Assembly (NCBI GenBank): GCA_050949565.1 | Contig: JBMNFY010000017.1 | Span: 1,632,001-1,696,000 of the forward strand | Origin: Kiritimatiellia bacterium | GTDB lineage: Bacteria; Verrucomicrobiota; Kiritimatiellia; RFP12; UBA1067 | Direction: 5' to 3' | DNA length: 64,000 bases | Shown: one piece after another, positions 55,512 through 64,000 of the stretch | Layout: the number at the start of each line of letters is the position of its first letter | Numbering within the stretch: position 1 is the first letter of the stretch | Notes under the pieces: model-generated | Database searches by the model: none | The model's input: the letters and a program-made list of their open reading frames with translations, nothing else | Told to the model about the DNA's origin: nothing | Translations under genes and position numbers: made by a program

Positions 55512-57074
55512 ATGGCTAAGAGAGTTCGCGACGCCTGGGGCAGCCGTATCGGTGTCGTTCTGGCGGCTGCCGGCGGTGCGGTCGGTCTCGGTAATTTCCT
55601 GCGTTTCCCCGGCGTGGCCGCCCGCAATGGCGGCGGCGCCTTCATGATTCCGTACTTCGTCGCTTTTCTGTTTCTCGCTCTGCCGCTCTGCTGGATGGAG
55701 TGGGTCATGGGGCGTTACGGCGGACGCTTCGGTCACGGCAGCGCGCCGGGCGTGTTCGATGCGGTCAGCGGACGCCGTCGTCCTTGGATCAAGTATCTCG
55801 GCGTGCTCGGCATCACCGGTGCGTTGGGCATCTTTTTCTACTACATCTATATCGAATCGTGGACGCTCGCCTACAGCGTTTTCGCGATTACCGGCCGCTA
55901 TGCCTCAATAGAAACACCGGATTGCATGGGTGCTTTTCTCAGCAGCTATCTGAGTGGCAGTGGCGACTTTTTCCAGAGCCGGCTCCCCGCCTACATCTTT
56001 TTCCTGGTGACCTTTGCCGCTAACTTCTGGGTGGTTTATCACGGCATCAGCCACGGTATCGAGCGTTTCTGCAAAATTGCCATGCCGCTGCTCTTTATTA
56101 CGGCCATTGTGTTGGTGGTGCGCGTCTTTACGCTCGGTGCGCCGGTCAATCCGGAGTGGACGCTCGACCGCGCTCTGGGGTTCCTGTGGAATCCAGATTT
56201 CTCCGCGCTCAAAAATGGCCGCGTCTGGCTCGAAGCCGCCGGACAGGTCTTTTTCTCCACCTCGGTCGGCATCGGCGTGCTGCTGACCTATGCCACCTAT
56301 CTGAAGGCGAATGACGATGTCTTGCTACCGTCCTCGTCCGCCTCTTTTTTGAACGAGTTCTGCGAGGTCGTGCTGGGCGGGTCGATCGTCGTGCCTGCCG
56401 CTTATCTCTTTTTCGGCCCGGAAGGCACCGCGCAGGCCGTCGAGGGCGGTACGTTCGGTCTCGCCTTTCGCACCACGCCGCTGATTTTCAATCACATGGC
56501 GGGTGGTGCTTGGGTCGGTTTTGTCTGGTTCGTACTGCTCTTTGTCGCCGGCATCACCAGCTCGGTCTCGATCCTGCAACCTTCAGTCGCCTTCCTCGAA
56601 GAGGAGTTCGGCTTCAATCGCAAGCGCTGCGTGATTGTCATCGGGCTCATCTGCTTCGCTGCGGCGCATCTCGCGATTTTTGGCGACGGCGTTGTGGATG
56701 AGATGGACTTCTGGTTCAGCTCATTCGGGCTGCCGATGTTCGGCCTCTTCGAGGCGCTTGTCTTCGTCTTCTTTTTCGGTCCGGAGCGCGGTTGGCGGGA
56801 GTTGCACTTCGGCTCGTCACTGCGCTTGCCGGCCTTCTTCAAGCCGATCATGATCTTCGTGACGCCGGTCTTCCTCTTTGTGATCTTGGCCGGCTGGCTG
56901 GTTACCGACGGCTGGCAGACGATCATCATGAAGAAGTGGGTCGACGGCAAACTCGTGCCGCTCTATAGCGAGGCGCAGGTTCCGTGGGTCATCGCCACGC
57001 GCCTGCTCTGCCTCGCTATGATTGCGCTCACCTGCTTCTTCATCCACCGCGCTTGGAAAAAGCGTCGTTATTAA
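55512..57074 (+). CDS. Sodium-dependent transporter, SNF/NSS family
   Basis: 'RDAWGSR..AAGGAVGLGNFLRFP..NGGGAFMIPY','AAGQVFFS','AGITSSVS'. Confidence 0.95.
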   Translation: MAKRVRDAWGSRIGVVLAAAGGAVGLGNFLRFPGVAARNGGGAFMIPYFVAFLFLALPLCWMEWVMGRYGGRFGHGSAPGVFDAVSGRRRPWIKYLGVLGITGALGIFFYYIYIESWTLAYSVFAITGRYASIETPDCMGAFLSSYLSGSGDFFQSRLPAYIFFLVTFAANFWVVYHGISHGIERFCKIAMPLLFITAIVLVVRVFTLGAPVNPEWTLDRALGFLWNPDFSALKNGRVWLEAAGQVFFSTSVGIGVLLTYATYLKANDDVLLPSSSASFLNEFCEVVLGGSIVVPAAYLFFGPEGTAQAVEGGTFGLAFRTTPLIFNHMAGGAWVGFVWFVLLFVAGITSSVSILQPSVAFLEEEFGFNRKRCVIVIGLICFAAAHLAIFGDGVVDEMDFWFSSFGLPMFGLFEALVFVFFFGPERGWRELHFGSSLRLPAFFKPIMIFVTPVFLFVILAGWLVTDGWQTIIMKKWVDGKLVPLYSEAQVPWVIATRLLCLAMIALTCFFIHRAWKKRRY

Positions 57075-57123
57075 CCCGGCCGCAAACAGTGTTTTTTCTC
57101 ACACGAAGGCACAAAGGGCACGA

Positions 57124-57728
57124 AGGTTTTTTGGGGGCAGGGCTCGGGTTTTTACATCCACAGATTACAGATTACGCAGATTTTTTGAGGCGCGGGCGGT
57201 GCGCGGGTTTGTTTAACCTAAAAAGAGCAGTTGAACCTTCAACTCTCTTTGGTTTCTGGTTTCAAGGTTTCATGGTTTCATCCAAATCGGGATCGGGATC
57301 GCTATCGGGATCGATTGTTTAACCACGGAACACACCGAACACACGGAAAGGCATGGCATGATTTTTCATGAAGTTTCATGTGTTTCATGGTTCAGGTTTT
57401 TTTAACGCAGAGGCGCAGAGGTTTTTTGGGGGCGGGGCTCGGGTTTTTACATCCACAGATTACAGATTACGCAGATTTTTTGAGGCGCGGGCGGTGCGCG
57501 GGTTTGTTTAACCTAAAAAGAGCAGTTGAACCTTCAACTCTCTTTGGTTTCTGGTTTCAAGGTTTCATGGTTTCATCCAAATCGGGATCGGGATCGCTAT
57601 CGGGATCGATTGTTTAACCACGGAACACACCGAACACACGGAAAGGCATGGCATGATTTTTCATGAAGTTTCATGTGTTTCATGGTTCAGGTTTTTTTAA
57701 CGCAGAGGCGCAGAGGTTTTTTGGGGGC
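57124..57728. repeat. 295-bp tandem duplication (2 copies + 15 bp) built from short-repeat modules
   Basis: Units start at 57124, 57419 and 57714 (aggttttttgggggc); one mismatch seen between the two copies. Confidence 0.92.
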
Positions 57729-57735
57729 GATTGGC

Positions 57736-58491
57736 TTAGAAATAGCCGCCCTTGTCGGTGATTTCTTTGACGGTCTCGCCGCTGGCGACCCAGCCGAAGA
57801 TCTTCTTCTCGTTCTCGCGGATCTCTTCGGCGCGCACCAGCACTTGGTAGGCGATGTCGCGCGGTATGCAGACCACGCCGTCACAATCCGCAAAGATCAC
57901 GTCGCCGGGCTTGATCACGACATCACCGATGATGATCGGGATCTGATAGTGCGTAATCAGGCAGCGGCCGAGCGAGCCGTTGGGGATGCGGTAGCGGTAA
58001 TAGATCGGGAAGGGCTTTTCAAGAATCTGCTTGGTGTCGCGGATGCCGCCGTCGATGCAGGCTGCCTTGACGCCCTTGCCGTAGGCGGTCGCCGTCATGA
58101 CGCCGCCCCAGAGGGTGGCCTTCATATCGTTCGAGGTGTCCCACACCACAAAGTGATTCTCGCCCATCTCGTCGAGCATCTGGCCGCGGAAGGTCATCTC
58201 GCCCGTGATCTGGACATTCGGCGCGCTCTTGACGGTGAAGGCGATGCCGGCGACCACGTCGCTGTCGCGCAGCGGCCGCAGGTGGCCGGGCAACGACTGA
58301 TCCAGCAGGGCAAGCTCGCGCAGCACGTCGCTGATCGCGCCGGTGTAGAGCTGCTCATAACGGGCCAACAACTCTTTCTCCGGCACTGGGAACGGTTTTG
58401 TTGAAACACCCTCGCGCACCGCAATCAGGTGCTCGAGATTCATCATCTTCGCTTCTTTCTGAAGCATGCCTTCTTCTCGCTTCTCTTGCAT
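57736..58491 (-). CDS. RraA-family protein (HMG aldolase-like)
   Basis: 'TGAISDVL','VAGIAFTV','WGGVM','DGGIRD','PGDVIFADCDGVVCIP'; AGGAGG RBS. Confidence 0.88.
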   Translation of the reverse strand: MQEKREEGMLQKEAKMMNLEHLIAVREGVSTKPFPVPEKELLARYEQLYTGAISDVLRELALLDQSLPGHLRPLRDSDVVAGIAFTVKSAPNVQITGEMTFRGQMLDEMGENHFVVWDTSNDMKATLWGGVMTATAYGKGVKAACIDGGIRDTKQILEKPFPIYYRYRIPNGSLGRCLITHYQIPIIIGDVVIKPGDVIFADCDGVVCIPRDIAYQVLVRAEEIRENEKKIFGWVASGETVKEITDKGGYF

Positions 58492-58508
58492 ATCGCCTCC
58501 TATTGTGC

Positions 58509-58668
58509 GGACGAGCAGACGCTCGTCCCTCCCGAATGGTGAAAAAAACTCCTAACTCCTAAATCCTAAATTTCAACTCTTAACTCCTGAGGGTCTCGCA
58601 AAACCCCTTACCTACAGATGTGGCACGGGCATCTTGCCCGTGTTTCATGGGCGGGACGCCCATGCCAC
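58509..58668. repeat. REP palindrome, heptamer block and REPIN doublet
   Basis: GGACGAGCAGACGCTCGTCCCTCCC (58509-58533); TCCTAA heptamers; GTGGCACGGGCATCTTGCCCGTG..CATGGGCGGGACGCCCATGCCAC (58620-58668). Confidence 0.85.
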
Positions 58669-58691
58669 GAGGGGGTTTGCAAGAGCCTCTC

Positions 58692-59480
58692 CTATATCCC
58701 CATGCCGCCATCCACACGCAGCGTCACGCCGGTAATATAGCGCCCAGCCGCCGAACAGAGCAGAACCGCCGCGCCGGCTGCATCTTCCGGCATCGCGAAG
58801 TCGCGCAGGGGAATGCCGGCGCGCACCTTTTCGGCGTAGGTGGGGTTGTTGAGCGCATCGGCGTTGCGGTCGGTCGCGAAAACGCCGGGGCAGAGGTTGT
58901 TGACCGTGACGCCGTCGGGGGCGCACAGCTTGGCCAGATTGCGAACGAGGTTCTCGAGCGCCGCCTTGCTGGCCGCATAGATCGGCATGTCGGGATGAGG
59001 CCGTACTTCTTGTACGCTGCCAACCGAGATCAGGCGTCCCCAGCGCTGTTGGCGCATCGCGGGATAGGCAAGCTGGAAGAGCTGGTACGTCGCATGGAAG
59101 TTGACCTGCATCTGGAGCAACGCCTCGGATTCCGGCACTTCTAGCCAAGGACGCCGCACCTGGACCGAGGCGTTGGCGATCACGATGTCCGGCGCACCGA
59201 TTGCGGATGATGTCGCCTCGAACAACATCTGGGCGCATCCCGGCTCGCCGAGGTCGCCGGTCACCGCCGTACTCTCCGGCGTAAAGGCGCGCACATCGGC
59301 GAGCGATTGCTCGAGCGCGTCACTCGGCCGCACACCGTGAACGGCGACGGTCGCGCCGCACTCCGCGAGGGCGCGGGCAATCGCCCGGCCGATCCCGCGC
59401 GCCGAACCGGTGACCAGTGCGCGACGCCCTGCCAGCGAAAAAGATTCCATTACGCTTTTCTGATTTTCTTGCTTCATCAT
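58692..59480 (-). CDS. SDR-family oxidoreductase
   Basis: 'ALVTGSARGIG', YAASK, 'YITG..LRVDGG'. Confidence 0.93.
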   Translation of the reverse strand: MMKQENQKSVMESFSLAGRRALVTGSARGIGRAIARALAECGATVAVHGVRPSDALEQSLADVRAFTPESTAVTGDLGEPGCAQMLFEATSSAIGAPDIVIANASVQVRRPWLEVPESEALLQMQVNFHATYQLFQLAYPAMRQQRWGRLISVGSVQEVRPHPDMPIYAASKAALENLVRNLAKLCAPDGVTVNNLCPGVFATDRNADALNNPTYAEKVRAGIPLRDFAMPEDAAGAAVLLCSAAGRYITGVTLRVDGGMGI

Positions 59481-59520
59481 CTTCTCCCTTTGACTTCTTG
59501 TCCGTTCAAAACGATGCGTT

Positions 59521-60804
59521 TCATGCTTTTACCTCTTCACATTCACAATCTTTTCTGAAGAACAGGGTACACGCTATCAGAATGATCACGCCGCCCAGCA
59601 GATATGAGAGCGAGAGCGAGGCGAGCCCGAACGACAGCCCGAAGCGCGATTTCAGATAGCCCAACATCGTCGGCGAGAACGAGCCGACCAAAAAGGCAAA
59701 CGAGAGCATCAATCCGGTTGCGGTCGCACGGTATTGCGGCTTGATCACGTCAAAGAGCGATGCGAATAGATTGGAGTCGTAGATCCCGCGGAAGAATCCA
59801 AAGAGCCCGAGCATCGCGAAGCAGAACCACTCGGAAGAACCGCGAGTCATCAGATAGATAAAGGGTGCGCCCAAGAGCAGCCCCAGGATGTTCGCCTCGA
59901 AGCGGATCGTCTTGCGCCGCGCAGCCAGGCGGTCGGTCAAGCGCCCGCCCGCCATGACGCCGAAGAACGCGCACACGAAATGGAAGAAAACGGCTGAAAA
60001 GCCGGCCTTTTCCGGCGTGAAGCCGAATTTCTCAATCAGAAACGTTGGTGTCCAGGTTTTGAAGCCGACATCGACATAGACCATACAGCCGAACGCCAGC
60101 GCCAACAGCAGGGCCGAGCGCTTGCTCAGGATATGGCTCAACGTCTCGCGCACTGTCACGCGCGCGGCGCTACCCGCTGTCTTCTGATTGGGCGTGTCAC
60201 GCATGAAAATCAGCAGGACGAGCGACCAGAGAATACCGACCGCACCAAAGAGAACGAACGGCGCACGCCACTGCATCGAAGAGGTGCGTGAGAGATAACC
60301 GGAGAAGTAGCCGCTGAACATGATGCCGACATAGAGCGCGGTCTGATGGATCGAGAACGCGGTCGCGCGGCTCTTCTCATGGAACTGGCTCATGAGCGAG
60401 GTGGCCGGCGGATAATAGAATGCCTCGCCGACGCCGAACACCACTCCGTAGAAGAGGATCAGCGCGACAAGACCGCCGCTAAGGCCGGTCAGCAAGGTGC
60501 CGATGCTGAATATCAGGACGCTGAACAGCAGTTGCCATTTACGGCGCAGGCGGTCGCCCAGAAAACCGGCCAGCGGCACGCACAGCCCGTAACATGCGGT
60601 GAAGACCGAAGCCACCATGCCGGCCTGCACGTCGCTCAAACCCAACCCGCCGGCATCGGCGGCCGCCTTGATTTGTGTCAGGACCGTGCTGTAAATCTGG
60701 CGGTTGCCTTGGTTCAGAAAAAACGCCACGTACAGCAGGCCAACCAATTGCCATTTATATGACGGTGGAACCTGTTCGTTTGCCGCAATGCGGTCTTGCC
60801 CCAT
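59521..60804 (-). CDS. MFS transporter
   Basis: 'AGFLGDRLRRK', 'GVGEAFYYP', 'GGRLTDRL'; ~12 TM segments; AGGAGG RBS. Confidence 0.92.
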   Translation of the reverse strand: MGQDRIAANEQVPPSYKWQLVGLLYVAFFLNQGNRQIYSTVLTQIKAAADAGGLGLSDVQAGMVASVFTACYGLCVPLAGFLGDRLRRKWQLLFSVLIFSIGTLLTGLSGGLVALILFYGVVFGVGEAFYYPPATSLMSQFHEKSRATAFSIHQTALYVGIMFSGYFSGYLSRTSSMQWRAPFVLFGAVGILWSLVLLIFMRDTPNQKTAGSAARVTVRETLSHILSKRSALLLALAFGCMVYVDVGFKTWTPTFLIEKFGFTPEKAGFSAVFFHFVCAFFGVMAGGRLTDRLAARRKTIRFEANILGLLLGAPFIYLMTRGSSEWFCFAMLGLFGFFRGIYDSNLFASLFDVIKPQYRATATGLMLSFAFLVGSFSPTMLGYLKSRFGLSFGLASLSLSYLLGGVIILIACTLFFRKDCECEEVKA

Positions 60805-60920
60805 GATGAACCTCCTACGTGTGATGTTCTGTCGATTCCTAAAACGGCCCACTCACCTTAGCGCAAAAAGGGGGAAAAAACCAGTGGCAAAGTGACTTAT
60901 TACCCATTACATCTTACCTA

Positions 60921-62183
60921 TTACTTGCTTTTACCTGCCAGCCGACCGGATGCGAACGCCCAAGTGAGATTGTACCCGCCGCAATGTCCATCAAGGTCGA
61001 CAACCTCGCCGGCACAGAAAAGGCCGGGGCGGCGGCGGCAGGCCAGCGTCCGGGGATCCAGTTCGTCGAGAGCCACGCCACCCCGCGTGACCATGGCGCG
61101 ATCCCAAGATTCGGTCGCGGTGACCTGTATCGGGCATTCGGCACAAAGGGAGGCGAGCGTTTCCAACACGTTCTTTTTGGCACGGGCAACGGCAAGGTCT
61201 TTCGCCTCTGCCAGCGTGCAGAGCGCGACGGCGAAGGCGCGCGGGAACTCTCCGGACAATAAGTTGTGCAACGCCCGGCCACCGTGGCGCTGTCGCCACG
61301 TCTCGAAACAGGCGCGCCAATCGGCTGCACGGCGTCCGGCCTGGCCGGCGAGACGAAGTGTAACGGTATGAGGGGGCGGCTGACCGGCGTCGCGCGCGGC
61401 GGCCAGCAGGGAGTTGACCGTGCCCGAAAGATCGAGAGCCGGAACGCCGCTGACCCCTTTGTGGGTAAAGAGTACGGGACCAGTAAGCCAGGCTTTCGGG
61501 TGGCCCGGCACATCAAGTCGCAGGGCGGCGTGTTCCAGCACAATGCCGGACAGAGTTGCGGGCCAACTCTCCAGCGTGTGGAGGCCGGCAAGCGCGGGCA
61601 ACGGCGGCGTGACCGTCAGGCCGATATCGCGCGCCAACGCAAAGCCCGATCCATCTGCGCCGAGCATGGGATACGACTGGCCGCCTGTCGCCAAGATCAC
61701 GCGACGGGCATGAAGAGTGCCGTGGGACGTCACCGCACCGATCACGCGCGGGGTATCGGTAGCCTCGTCGTCCGTCGCAAGAAGCAGACGTTCGGCGCGG
61801 ACACCACAACGCAGCTCGGTACCGGTGTCGCGCGCGGCTTGTTCGAGCGCCTGGCAGACGTCTGTGGCGCGCTGCGAAACCGGAAAGACGCAACCGTCTG
61901 GGTCGGCTTGGGTCTCGATATCGAGCGCATCGAAAAAGTCGCGGATCGCGTCGGGCGGAAAGGCGTTCAACGCGGCGGCCATGAAGCGCCCTTGGCGACC
62001 GAAAGCCGCCATGATCCCCGCCACATCGGTCGCGTGCGTCAAATTGCAGCGGCCGCCGCCGGTGGCCGCGAGTTTGCGGGCGGGGGAAGCCAGCCGTTCG
62101 ACAACGATAGCGGGCTGGGCACAAAAACAAGCGGCGGTCAGCCCCGCAGGGCCGCCGCCGATAATAAGCGTGGAATACGTCAT
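60921..62183 (-). CDS. HI0933/BaiN-family flavoprotein
   Basis: 'IIGGGPAG','KLAATGGGRCNLT','ATGGQSYP..GADGSG','LFTHKGVSG','GHCGGYNLTWAFASG'. Confidence 0.93.
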   Translation of the reverse strand: MTYSTLIIGGGPAGLTAACFCAQPAIVVERLASPARKLAATGGGRCNLTHATDVAGIMAAFGRQGRFMAAALNAFPPDAIRDFFDALDIETQADPDGCVFPVSQRATDVCQALEQAARDTGTELRCGVRAERLLLATDDEATDTPRVIGAVTSHGTLHARRVILATGGQSYPMLGADGSGFALARDIGLTVTPPLPALAGLHTLESWPATLSGIVLEHAALRLDVPGHPKAWLTGPVLFTHKGVSGVPALDLSGTVNSLLAAARDAGQPPPHTVTLRLAGQAGRRAADWRACFETWRQRHGGRALHNLLSGEFPRAFAVALCTLAEAKDLAVARAKKNVLETLASLCAECPIQVTATESWDRAMVTRGGVALDELDPRTLACRRRPGLFCAGEVVDLDGHCGGYNLTWAFASGRLAGKSK

Positions 62184-62190
62184 CCGCTAA

Positions 62191-62706
62191 TTAGAGCTGC
62201 TGCTCTTCGCCGATCAGGGCGATCATGCGGTTGAGCGTGTTGGTCATATCACCTTGCAGCTTCAAGCCGCTCTGGCACATGCCCACCAGTTCCGCGCAAC
62301 GGTGAAGGGTCGTCATGCGGGACTTTTCCAGCTCCGTCCGACGCAACTTGACGCCAGCGAGCATCTCCTCCAGCTCCGTGATACGCTGTTCGCTTTTGAC
62401 CAGCATGCGCCTCGTCTGGAAGAGCTGCGTCAGCAACTCCCCGGGCGAAAGATCGAGATCGTCGATCTTCATACCGTCGGGAATAGGCACCAGCGACGCC
62501 TCGCCGCAGGCCACACAGTTAATCTGCAAGCCGGCACCGCGGTAGTCGATGGCGTGGTTATGGCCGCAGTGCGGGCAATCGAAAACGATGTCCGTTGGAC
62601 GGATCTCATCGCCTTCCGATTCTTCAGACTGGACATCCGCCGAAATCAGGACATCCTCGCCTTCCAACTCCTCGAGAATTTTCGCATCGTCCGTATCGTT
62701 CGTCAT
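62191..62706 (-). CDS. Zinc-ribbon plus coiled-coil hypothetical protein
   Basis: FDCPHCG..INCVACG followed by a heptad-rich helix. Confidence 0.75.
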   Translation of the reverse strand: MTNDTDDAKILEELEGEDVLISADVQSEESEGDEIRPTDIVFDCPHCGHNHAIDYRGAGLQINCVACGEASLVPIPDGMKIDDLDLSPGELLTQLFQTRRMLVKSEQRITELEEMLAGVKLRRTELEKSRMTTLHRCAELVGMCQSGLKLQGDMTNTLNRMIALIGEEQQL

Positions 62707-62785
62707 GCCGTTCCCCTCTCTTTATGAGGTTCCGTGCCCGTGTCACATTCGCAGGCTCAAGGCCCGCACCCGCCGTTACACCGCT

Positions 62786-63016
62786 TCAGCCTTTGACAAC
62801 CTTGCCCTGCCTAATGCAGGCTGCGCAGACTTTCATGCGACGTACGCCGCCGCCGTCGACTTTTGCGCGGACACTCTTAATGTTCGGCAGAAAGCGACGT
62901 TTCGAAATTCCCGTCGTATGCAGACCAATCCCGCCTTTATGCTTCTCGAGGCCGTGGCGGATGATCCGACTTCCTGTACGTGGCCCCTTGTTGCAAATCT
63001 CACAAACTCTGGACAT
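62786..63016 (-). CDS. rpmB: 50S ribosomal protein L28
   Basis: 'MSRVCEICNKGPRTG..KRRFLPN..RMKVCAACIR'; AAGGAGG RBS. Confidence 0.96.
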   Translation of the reverse strand: MSRVCEICNKGPRTGSRIIRHGLEKHKGGIGLHTTGISKRRFLPNIKSVRAKVDGGGVRRMKVCAACIRQGKVVKG

Positions 63017-63332
63017 AACCAACTCCTCCTTAGGAAAAGGGAAGAAAGATTAACATCTGGCACCCCGCTAGACAAGCGTAAACCTAACGAAAAAGATCCA
63101 TTTGAGAGGTGACGCTTTCAATCTCGCCTTGTATAATCGCACTCAACAACGGGACGTCGGGCTGTTTTCAGTGTTGTCCAAGGGACGGTAGCGGGGTGAG
63201 GTTATGAAAAAACGCTCATGGCTTTGCGGGTGCGCGGCGCTGCTTGTCGCATCCCGGGAAAGAGAAGCGCGACTGGTTCCGTTGCTGCAAAGGACGCTAC
63301 GTCTGCTAGAGAAAGAATGATGGAGGACTGAC

Positions 63333-64000
63333 ATGATGAGGGCATTTGCGATTGCCGTTTTCGGGGTGTGTGTCGCCTGTGCGGCGCAAGCCGGGAACGG
63401 GTGGCTCAAATATGAAGGGAACCCTGTGATGGGTGATCCCGTGAACCTTGGCACGTGTTTCGACGTGAACGTCATCAAGGGGAGCGATACGGCGTTCAGC
63501 ATGTACTTCTCGTGGCGACCGAAGAAGGCAATCGCGCTTGTGAAGGGCGATGACGGGGCGACATGGTCGAAGCCGACGATCTGCCTGGCGGCTGATCCGG
63601 TGTCGGGTTGGGAAGACGATCTCAACCGCTCATGTACCGTATTCAAAGACGGCGTCTATCACATGTGGTACACCGGTCAGGCGCGCGGATACTCGAAGAT
63701 CGGTTACGCAACTTCGCGGGACGGCGTGGCGTTCACCCGGGTCTCGAAGCTGCCGGTCATGATCTCCGAACATCCGTGGGAGGGTTTCTCAGTGATGAAT
63801 CCCTATGTCCGTTGGGATGCGGCGCGCGGGGTGTGGCGGATGTGGTACGCCGCGGGCGAAACCTACGAGCCAAACGTCCTCTGCTATGCGGAGTCGAAGG
63901 ACGGGCTCAAGTGGGAGAAGTCGCTCCTGAACCCGATCTTCGTGAAGGGCGCGAAGGACTCATGGGAGCAGGATCGCATCGGCGGTTGCGAGGTGCATCC
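63333..64000 (+). CDS. Exported five-bladed beta-propeller glycoside hydrolase (GH43/GH32/GH130-like), runs off the window
   Basis: Read manually: MMRAFAIAV..WLKYEGNPV..YHMWYTG..IGYATSRDG..MWYAAGE..YAESKDGLKWEK..NPIF; GGAGG RBS. Confidence 0.8.
   Translation, partial: MMRAFAIAVFGVCVACAAQAGNGWLKYEGNPVMGDPVNLGTCFDVNVIKGSDTAFSMYFSWRPKKAIALVKGDDGATWSKPTICLAADPVSGWEDDLNRSCTVFKDGVYHMWYTGQARGYSKIGYATSRDGVAFTRVSKLPVMISEHPWEGFSVMNPYVRWDAARGVWRMWYAAGETYEPNVLCYAESKDGLKWEKSLLNPIFVKGAKDSWEQDRIGGCEVH

Noticed and set aside
57124-57728. CRISPR array, or the small ORFs predicted in this region
   Set aside because: The units are near-identical 295-bp duplicates without unique spacers; the ORFs are translations of repeats.

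Overview
GC-rich bacterial chromosomal window, most likely from a PVC-superphylum organism (Kiritimatiellia/Lentisphaeria-like). That placement is inferred from gene styles and was not computed. The backbone is housekeeping and metabolic genes: argS, metF, fmt, cysE, a metX-metW fusion, a Xaa-Pro peptidase, rpmB, a czcCBA-like RND pump, a GH29 fucosidase, rhaM, a fused glycogen-debranching enzyme, alkaline phosphatase and several transporters. There is also a ~15 kb secreted-protein operon (lipoprotein, ~3,460-aa Ca-binding surface protein, M6 metalloprotease) divergent from an FHA-sigma54 activator. Accessory DNA includes an AT-richer ABC-ATPase + TOPRIM/DUF3226-like pair that is frameshifted at a G8 run. 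The most unusual region is ~24.7-29.2 kb. There a HUH Y1 (RAYT-type) transposase sits in an island partitioned by copies of a 20-bp motif (AAATACCTGTCCCTTAGTTG) into cargo modules: higBA, three orphan ORFs, a decayed vapBC and the transposase itself. One module is a ~100-bp diverged piece of a RAYT gene held, spacer-like, between two identical direct repeats. The window also contains many REP-like palindromes and short 6/7/9-mer tandem repeats. These stack into a 295-bp duplicated mosaic, supply stop codons and enter genes in frame. No rRNA, tRNA or CRISPR array was seen. All calls are by eye; no database searches were run.
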